This document shows, piece by piece, positions 54,901-64,000 of a stretch of DNA of 64,000 nucleotides. Under the pieces are notes generated by a model, which did no database searches, was not told where the DNA came from, and worked only from the letters and a program-made list of their open reading frames with translations. A program made the translations under genes and the position numbers. This DNA comes from Eledone cirrhosa (taxonomy: Eukaryota), in NCBI GenBank assembly GCA_964016885.1, contig OZ024741.1, forward strand, positions 352,966,001-353,030,000, written 5' to 3'. The stretch's first letter is position 1; each line of letters opens with the position of its first letter.

Positions 54901-57221
54901 TTGGATGGTTTGCCCTACGAGCTTTACGTAAGTATGCCAGACTTGTTCTCCAATCTCCTCGAAGCCCTCTACTGCAACTGGCAGAAAAACGGGAGTATTC
55001 CCAGTTCTGTGAGCCGGGGCGTAGTGACGCTGATAAGGAAAGACGAGAACAAGAGGGACACATTAGACAATTTCAGGACCATAACTCTGCTCAACACAGA
55101 GTTTAAGATTTTGGCCAGGGTGTTAGCGAAGAGGTTAGCGCTTGTCGTCAGGAATTTGGTTGGGGAGGCGCAAACTTGCGCAATCCCGACCAGGTCCATA
55201 CACGACAACCTCCACCTAATGCGATACATCATAGGGAGGGTAGGGTGTAAACCTGGCTTCGGTGGGGCTCTGATCAATTTAGACCAATCGAAAGCATTCG
55301 ATAGGGTCGACCATCGGTACCTGGAGGCTGTCCTCAAGGCAGCTGGCTTCGGCCCCGTCTTCAGAAGCTGGAACGCTGCAATGCATAGCGGCACCTGCTC
55401 GATGGTCAAAATTAATGGCCACCTCTCGGAACCGTTTCAGGTCTCCCGATCGGTCCGTCAAGGGTGCCCTCTCTCCTCCCTTCTGTACGTATTGACTCTC
55501 GAGCCTTTACTGCGGAAGCTGGAGCTGTTACAGGGCATCGCGCTCGAACCGGGGCGCGGAAAGGCTGCGTCGGCTTATGCGGACGACATCACCGTGATGG
55601 TGTCGGACACCTCAGAAATCGAGGTGGTCGGCAACTTATTGGAGGAATGTGAAAGGTTGACTGAAGCAAAACTTAACCCGGAAAAGTCAGTAGGCTTGCA
55701 ACTCGGCACCTGGAGAGGCAAGTCCATGCCCTCCAACAGCGTCGTTAGGCGCTGGACGGACGGACCGGTAAAGTTGCTAGGGGTTTGGTTCGGGCCAGAC
55801 TACAGGTGGATAAGATTTGAGACGAAGTGACGGGCAGGGTAGTCAGTCTCACCCAGAAATGGGCTGGGATGAAGCTATCACTGAAAGGTCGGGCGGAGGT
55901 GGCGAATGAGTACATCGCGTCCGTCATCTACTACCGTCTGACTGTCGTCCCTTGCCCCGTTCGCGCCTCGCCATCTTGGAGCGGCTCCTCTTCAAATTCT
56001 TGTGGAGGGGTCAGGTTCCGGTGGTGAGTCAGTCCATCTGCTGCCAGCACCCTCTACGTGGAGGGCTGGGCATGCCGTGGCTAATGATGCGCAGGCACGC
56101 GCTGATGCTGCGGCATCTCCAGATATTCTGCCTAAACGGTGAACAGGTGTGGTTGCCGTTTGTCAGACGGGCCTTTCCGCAGCTCGTTTCTTTGACTGAG
56201 TTGCAGTCCTGGGTCAAGAAGAGACCGAGACTGGGTGACTGGCATCTGGAATGTTGCCAGGCACTCACTGCCCTCTACCAGGCGGGCAATGTGGTCAGTG
56301 GAACTTCCACTCTCGAGTTCTATAGAGGATTAGTGGTGGGCAAGTGCGACGACGCACTCGGAGAGGCTCTGGGAGTCAACGAAGTCGAACTAACCAGTCT
56401 GTACCGGAGGACTTTCGAGCTGGGGACGATGGATAATTTCCAAAAATCCCTCGCTTGGCAGTGCTACCGGGGGGGGGGGGGCACTGCCGGTTCGAGATAA
56501 ACTCTACAGGCACGGAAGTGCTGTCAGACGGACCTGCCCGAGATGCGCACAGAGCGACGAAACCGTTCTGCACGCACTCGTCCAGTGTCCGTGCATTACT
56601 GACTTGTGGAGTTATGTTGAATAGCTGTTGTCGCGTGTAGAACGGATCCGGCTATCGGCCGAGTCCATAGTGAAGATCGACCCGCCGCCTTCTTTTGGCC
56701 AGGAAGGGCAGGCAATTTTCCTCTGTCTGGTGGCAGTAGCGAAAGAGGTTGTATGGTGGACGAGGTTGAAAGGACTGAAGACAGACACTTTTCTCTTCGG
56801 CCAATCCCTCATCAACTTTTTCAAGTTTCACTTGGAAAGGAAGGTGAGGGTGGAGAGTGAAATGCTGCCCCCCAGTACATTTGCTGAAAGGTAGGTGAAT
56901 GTGGCGAGAATCGCCCGTGTGAGTGGGCCTACTCTGGTCATGCGGCTGTAGGTAGGTAAATTTGAAGAGGAGAGGGGTGCCCTTCCAGGGTTCTCTCGAA
57001 GCGTCGGGTCGTTCAGGACTGGTGGGGTACCTAAGCGAACCCTAGGTCGTCATCCCCCCTATTGGGGAATGTTTTCTTGTAATTTTCTTCTTACTTTATT
57101 GTTACTTTGTTATTGTTACTTTGTTTATTTATATTATTTACTCGATTTTTCTGTAAAACCCCACTGTTCCAGTCTTTTGTATTGTCCCCTATATGTCGGC
57201 CCTTGTGGCCAATAAATGAAA

Positions 57222-57223
<2 letters not shown>
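51912..57223 (+). mobile_element. ATT-type Tx1-clade LINE with a distinct ORF1; ORF1 end and APE N-half deleted
   Basis: ORF1 from ATG 52118 (CFVCGEKTHLRAF) is fused near 53995 to mid-endonuclease (SYIDR, SDH). RT at 54394-55830; 3' end gcccttgtggccaataaatgaaatc plus (ATT)n. Confidence 0.94.
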
Positions 57224-57256
<33 letters not shown>

Positions 57257-57262
57257 GTTATT

Positions 57263-58012
57263 CTTTGAGTCTCAGTCATTGATTAACTGGAAAGTTTGTT
57301 GAAATGAATATCAAGCCACTACCTGCAGCCTCAGATATTCAGGACGTATCGGAGGGTTCTTGCTGTTCCCAGCAAGCATGCTTTTTGAAGCGTTCCAAAA
57401 AGCGGGGCGGCGCCAATTTTCTTTAACCATCCCTGGAAACTTTTGAGATAGTACCTAGTGCGCCTATGACAATCGGGACCACATTGACTTCATGGCAGTT
57501 CCAAATCCTTTTTACCTCCCACTTTAAGTCCTGGTATCGGTTAATTTTCTCCCTCTCCTTCTCTTGCACTCTCGTGTCGAATGGGCAGGCCACATCTACA
57601 ATCAGGCACGATCTTTTTTCTTTGTCCAAAACCACCAGGTCAGGTCTATTGTGTTCCAGTTTCTTGTCCGTCTGTATCCTAAAATCCCACAGCACCTTCA
57701 CCTGATCGTTTTCTATCACCGACTCTGGCTTATGCTCATACCACTTCTCAGAATGTGGTAAATTGTTTACTTTGCATAGGTGCCAGTGGATCACCCTGCC
57801 CATCAGGTCTCCAGCCCTTATAGTGAGTCTGGGCTAGGTGTTTACACTCGGATACAATGTAAGCCACAGTCTCCTCTCTCTCTCCACAGATCCTGCACAG
57901 TGGGCTAGCCTCCTCCTTGTAAATATGGTGTTTCACCCACTTCGTTTTGAGGGCCTGCTCTTGCGCAGCCATTAGTATTCCTTCTGTAGGCTTTTTAAGG
58001 TCTCCTCTTTTC
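57263..58012 (-). mobile_element. R4/Dong-clade copy D (family A/B), 5'-truncated RLE end
   Basis: CRICGEREETVAYIVSEC and RPDLVVLD..IVDVACPFD; same 3' UTR as A and B; (TTA)n on both sides. Confidence 0.93.
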
Positions 58013-58030
58013 AATTATTATTATTATTAT

Positions 58031-58242
58031 GGGCGGTGGATTGGCAGTATCCGTAGAGTGTCGGACGCAATACTTTCCAGCATAGTTACGTCTCTTTACG
58101 ATCTGAGTTCAAATCCCGCTGAGGTTGACTTTGCCTTTCATCCTTACGTGGTCGATAAAATAAAGTACCAGTAATGCACTGGGTAATAGCTGGCCTTGTG
58201 CCTAAAGTAGAAACAATTATTATTATTATTATTATTATTATT
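58031..58242 (+). mobile_element. Full-length SINE in (ATT)n
   Basis: gggcggtggattggcagtatcc...gagttcaaatccc...ggccttgtgcctaaagtagaaacaattatt. Confidence 0.92.
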
Positions 58243-61200
58243 GGTTGGTGAAGCCACGCTTCTTATCGCCTCCAGTCTTTTTCAACGTTTTACCTCTTTT
58301 TCAACCGTTCTAAACCTTTTATTCAAGTTTTAAATTTGATAAAAGTTTAGAAGAAGTGACCCACCTAATACAGGGGTTCACTAGTAAATAATACGGCACC
58401 CCTTTACGGGGTGTCGTATTCGTATTTGTGTAAAAATATTTTTTGAAAAATTTCAACATGGATAACACAAAAAAGAGAGAGAGCGCTGTCAGACAACACA
58501 GAGGGAGAGGGAGACTTTATCAGCATGTCAACAAGACAGCGTTCCAGCGGAGGTAAATATAAACGAAAATATTACAAAGGAAAAAATGATTGTTACAGAT
58601 TTAAAATTAACAAATATTTCTAACACAAACAAAACCAACAATAACACCAACAACATCACCAACAACAACACCAAAAATAACAGCGGTAAAGTCGAGAAGG
58701 ACAATAACAAAAATAACAGCGGTAAGGTCGAGAACGACAATAACAAAAATAACAGCGGTAAGGTCGAGAACGACAATAACAATGACAATAACAACAGCCA
58801 CAACAACAATAATAGTAGGAACAGTATCAACAAAAACAACAATAATAACAACAGCCACAATAACAGTAACAGCAGCAACAGTATCAACGAAAACAACACC
58901 AACAACTGTACCAACGAAAAGAACAACAATGACACCGATACCTGTTATAGCGACCTCAGCACCACCAGTAAGACCAGTAGCGGCAGCAATAGTGGTGCTG
59001 CTGAAAAAGGGACCACTTCTTTTGCAGGTGTCGCCCGAAATATCGAGACAGTGTTAGTCACAGAGGAGGAGATGGCAGTCGCAAGGGCCATGGTGACAAG
59101 AAGCGCAAATAGAGTTTCCCTGAAACCTCCACCCGATTTTTTCAAGGACCAGCAGCTACGAACAGTGACTTACCGCACCGTAAGCAAAATCTCACATCGA
59201 GTGGAGAGAGCCACGGAGGCTCAAATCCAAAAGGCCTTGGGTGCGTCTGGGCACGCAAAACCCACATCACCCGAGGCAGAAAGTACGCCACAGTAGACGT
59301 ACTTTTCGCCACCCCCCAGGAAGCAAAGTCTCACTCTTTGGAAACCCTAAAGAGTGAGGAGTTAGTTTTGGTGCCCTCCTACTGCGGGCAGAAAATTGTG
59401 AGAGTCAAAGTGACCCAGGTCCCACCCGACGTGCCCATACCTTGGCTGTCCGCGCCTGTCCTTGCTGGAATTGAGAACCGGGCGACCATGCTGCAAGTAG
59501 AAAAAATAGGGAGAGAGAACTGGTCAGGTATAGGCATGCAAATGCTTATACAAACTGACCAGGAATGTATCGAGGCTATCCCCGATATCATAGACTTTGA
59601 GGAAGGACTCCAACTCCCTATAAGTGTAGAAGGAAGACGGCCAAAATGTTATCTCTGTGGGTCGAAAGGTCACCTCAGGGCCTTTTGCCCGCAGAAGACA
59701 CCGAAGAGGGCCCCTCTCCTTCCAATACCTGATCCGCTGCTACCAAGAGCAGGACAGGCAACACACGAAGAAGCCCCTTCCACGGTGAGTAGGAGGGCAA
59801 CGTCCGTAGCACCCGTACCAAGGCCACGGATAACTAAAGCAGCATCATCAGTAGCGGCAACACCAATAGCTACATTTGAAATAGCTACACCAGCAACAAC
59901 ATTGCCGAAGAGGGCTCCACTACCACCACCAACAGTCGTGGAGCACATACCCCTCCCAGACGCCACAGAATCTGACATGGAGTTTGAGGCGGGAGTAACG
60001 TGGCAAACAGTCTGCCACAAAAAAGAAAAAAGAAAAAAACCCTTAGATTCACCCTCCAAAAGCGAAGGCATACAAAGAGGGGTAAAGGCAGCAAGGAAAC
60101 TTGCAGCAATACCACCACAAACACCAACAACGCAAACACAACAAGACACACACACCAAACAGCAACAAGAAGAAAACGGCAACAAAATCACCCCTCCCCC
60201 CAAAAAGTACACAGCCATAAACATGGCAAAAAAAGAACTCATAAAATATATAAAGCACAACACAAACATCACGGAAAAAAATTACTACACCCCACCAACA
60301 CCAAGAACTCTCCCGACAAACATAAGCATCATCGAAATCTCAATAGAACAATACAAACCTTTAAAACAAAAATTCCCCAACGCAGTTGCAGACTTCAGAG
60401 GGACGGTTACCAAGAGGATATACACTGACATCCTCTTGGAAACACCCATGACCAGCGAAAGGGACCGTTCTACTGTCCCTTCACCACACGAACAAGGTAA
60501 GTGACCCTTTCTCATTTGCCCCGTTTCTCATCCAATATGGCTGTACTCAGAATAGGCATTATAAATGCACGTGGCCTGGGGTCATCTTGGAAGCAGGGTC
60601 ACCTGCTCAATGACCTCAGGTCACTAAACGTAGATGTGCTGGCCATCAGCGAAACCAGAATCTCCGAGGCACGGGCCTTCGCACCGATCTTCGGCGGCTA
60701 CGGTGTATACGCATCTCCCAGCCGTCCAGGATCGGGGGGAGGGGCTGCCGTCCTTTTTCGGAGAGGCTTGGATCTCGCGATACGGGCCATCTTCCTGGAC
60801 CCAGAAGGTAAGTCGGTGGTGCTGGACGTGACCGGCAGCGAAGGCAATGCTTTCAGGCTAGTAGCCGTCTACGCCCCAACAGGGGCAGGACGGCCAGATT
60901 TCTTCAGACGTCTAGAGACCTTCCTTGGAACGTCCCGCTCTTTAGTGTTAGTGGGCGACTGGAACGGTAGCTTGGATGCGCGCTGGGATCGTGTGGCGCT
61001 AGTGGATAGGGGAGGAGGGTGCAAGAGCCTCACCAACCTACTCAGACGTTTTGAACTGTCTGACAGGTATCGACTGGATCACCCGAATGTGCCAATGTTG
61101 ACATGGACAAACCGCATCGGGTCATCCAGATCGTATCTAGATAGGGTATTCTGCAGGGAACTAGATAAGGCTAGTATAAGTTGTCCACAATTTAAAATAG

Positions 61201-64000
61201 TCGACTACACAGACCACAAATTTGTGTTCTGTGAGATCGACATAGACAGACTTTATAGACAAGGGCCTGGTTACTGAAAGCTGAACGCGTCTTTCCCGGC
61301 GCGCAAGGCCTACAGAGACCGGATTAGCGTATTAGTTAAGCGGGCGTTGACGGGAGCGGTCGTCAACAACAGGTGGTGGTTCGCTCTGAAAAGGGCAATT
61401 AAAGTAGAGTCGATTAGGTTTAGCTAAGGAGTAGTGATAGAGGAAAATAGAGTAGAGGGAGAGCTAGTCAGAAAGCTAGAAGAGGCGTTTAGGACAGGCA
61501 TCGCAACCGACGTGCTTGCGGCGAGATTGGCACTCGACCAATTCTTCAACGCAAAACACGAAGGCTGCGTTGTCAGAGCTATAGCGCGTGCTCTGAAACA
61601 CGAGGGGACAAAAGCCGTCCAATGGGCCCGGGTGGCAGACGTGCGACGTGGCAATAAAGCCACAATTCGGTCTTTGTCTGACCAAAACGGATGCGTGATG
61701 CCCGAACCCGAGCGGATGTGTGAAGCTTTTCACCAGCACTTTGCTGAACTGTTCGGGAGCGGCGGCGGCCCGGATCGGGGCATGGTCTTCAGTGCATACC
61801 TCGACGGACTGCCTCGGCTCTCGACGACCGCAGCACAGTGTTGCGAAAAGCTAATAACAGCCGGTGAAATACGGGAAGCGATGGCTAACTGCACAAGAGG
61901 TAAATCGCCAGGTTTAGATGGTCTGCCCTACGAGCTTTATACATTTATGCCAGACTTGTTCGGTGACCTCTTGGCAGACGTCTACTGCAACTGGCAGCAG
62001 AACGGGAGCATTCCCAGTTTTGTGAGCCGGGGAGCAGTGGCGCTGCTGAGAAAAGACCCGAACAAGGGGGATGCTATTGATAATTTCAGGCCCATAACCC
62101 TGCTAAACGCAGAGTTCAAGACTTTGGCCAAGGTGTTAGCAACGAGGTTAGCGCTTGTCGTCAAGGGTCTGGTGGGAGAGGCGCAGACATGCGCCATCCC
62201 GGACAGATCCATACACGACAACCTCCACCTCATGCGATACATCATAGAGAGGGTGGTTAAAGAACCTGGCAAGGGTGGGGCCCTGATCAACTTGGATCAA
62301 TCCAAAGCATTCGATAGGGTCGACCATCGGTACCTGGCGGCGGTCCTCGAGGTAGCCGGTTTCGGGCCCATTTTCAGGCGTTGGATCGCAGCAATGTACA
62401 GCGACATCTGCTCAGTTGTGAGGGTGAACGGTCACCTGTCGCAGCCGTTCAGTATCATGCGCTCAGTCCGCCAGGGTTGTCCCTTCTCGTCCCTCTTGTA
62501 CGTATTGGCTCTCGAGCCGTTACTGCACAAACCGGGGGCGATGAGGGGCGTCCCACGAGAACTAGGATGCGGGAAATCCGAGTCGGCTTACGCTGACGAC
62601 GTCACCGTGGTGGTGTCGAGCACCAGACACGTCCAGATGCTCGGCACTGCTCTCAAGGAATACGAAACGGTGACAGGAGCAAAGATAAACCAGGAAAAGT
62701 AGGTGGGCTTGCAGCTAGGAACCTGGAGAGGAAAGTCCATGCCGTCCGACAGCGTCGTGGGGCGTTGGACGGACGGACCGGTTAAATTGCTCGGGGTCTG
62801 GTTCGGACCGGACCTCCAGATGGAGAAAAACTGGAACGAGGTGACGAGCAGGGTGGCCTCCCTCACCCAGAAATGGGCTGAGAGGAAGCTGTCCCTGAAA
62901 GGCCGGGCGGAAGTGGCGAATGCGTACATCGCATCCGTCATCTGCTACCGCCTCACCGTCGTCCCTTCGCTCCAGCCCAACTCTCACCAAAATGTAGCGC
63001 CTCCTCTTCCGCTTTTTGTGGAAGGGACGCGCTCCCATGTTCAGACGATCCATCTGCTGTCAACACCCGTTGCGTGGAGGACTGGGCATGCCATGGCTGA
63101 TGATGCGCAAACATGCGCTGAGGCTGCGACATCTCTGGTGTTTCCTTGACGGTGAATAGGTGTGGTCGCCGTTCGCAAGGCACGTTTTCCCACAGCTCGT
63201 CTCCTTCACGGAGCTGCAGTCCTGGGTCAGAAAAAGACCGAGGGATAGCGCTTGGAAACTGGAATGTCTCCAGACGCTCACTGCCTTCTGCCAGCTTGGC
63301 ACCAGTATCGGTGGAACATCCACCTCGGCGTTCTATAGAGGACTAGTGGAAGGGAAGTGCGACGACATTCTCGGAGAGATCCTGGGCGTCGAAGATCAGC
63401 TGTTTGCTCTCTTCCGGAGAACTTTCGGCCCGGGGCCTATGGATAACTTCCAAAAATCCCTGGCCTGTCAGTGCTACCGGGGAGCGCTGCCGGTTCGAGA
63501 TAAGCTCTACAGGCACGGAAGTGCCGTCAGCCGAGCCTGTCCGAGATGCGCGCATAGCGACGAAACCGTTGTGCACGCACTCGTTCAGTGCCCGAGCATT
63601 GCTGACTTGTGGAGCTATGTCGAACAGTTGCTGTCACGTGTGGGACTGATCCGGTTGTCGACTGAGTCCATCGTGCAGATGGTCTCGCCGTCTTCCTTCG
63701 AGGAGGAAGGGCAGGCGGTTTTCATCTGCCTGGTGGCCATGGCGAAAGAGATTGTGTGGTGGACAAGGTTAAAAGGATTAAAGACAAACACTTTCCTCTT
63801 CGGCGAATCCCTAATTAACTTTTTCAAGTTTCACTTGAAGAGGAAAATCAGGGTGGAGAGGCAAGTGCTGCTTTCTAGCAAGTTTGTTGAAAGGTGGGTG
63901 AATGTAGCGAGAATGGTCCGAGTGAACGGGACCACTCTGAATATACGTCTGTAGTTTGAGAGATGGAAAAGTTGAGAGAGGGCGCTTGCCCTGGTAGTCA
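58243..64000 (+). mobile_element. ATT-type Tx1-clade LINE, essentially full length, 3' UTR runs off the window
   Basis: ORF1 58458-60504 is Asn-rich, has CYLCGSKGHLRAFC and is frameshifted. ORF2 60537-63954 has APE, RT (AYADD) and CCHC with several stops. Preceded by (TTA)n. Confidence 0.95.

Noticed and set aside
32680-63827. Recurrent antisense ORFs over the RT regions (e.g. 33535-33984, 43357-43809, 46762-47271, 54969-55409)
   Set aside because: They are shadow frames of conserved LINE coding sequence; recurrence reflects copy homology.

Overview
Eukaryotic, microsatellite-rich, transposon-dense DNA with no recognisable host exon. The dominant tRNA-headed SINE and the repeat landscape suggest an octopus/cephalopod genome (inference). 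There are three zones. (1) 1-12.3 kb: an RT-deleted Penelope-like element (PLE) with a GIY-YIG domain and a hammerhead ribozyme, fold-back PLE ends, and three Tx1-clade LINE copies stacked head-to-tail in (TATC)n. (2) 12.3-31.8 kb: AT-rich DNA with SINEs, hammerhead remnants, palindromes, mariner/Helitron/other DNA-transposon fossils, a tRNA-like unit and a duplicated RTE-like non-autonomous element in (TATG)n. (3) 31.8-64 kb: a ~32 kb array in which minus-strand R4/Dong-clade (RLE) LINEs strictly alternate with plus-strand Tx1-clade (APE) LINEs, nearly all joined by (ATT)n tracts that also receive SINEs. All LINE copies are disabled. The best candidate for an undescribed system is this set of microsatellite-targeting retroelements: sister Tx1 families with different target repeats and different endonuclease loops, a shared ATT landing pad used on opposite strands by two unrelated LINE clades, a SINE whose tail resembles the Tx1 3' end, and a conserved splice donor that may put ORF2 inside an intron. 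Coordinates were read by eye and may be off by a few bases.
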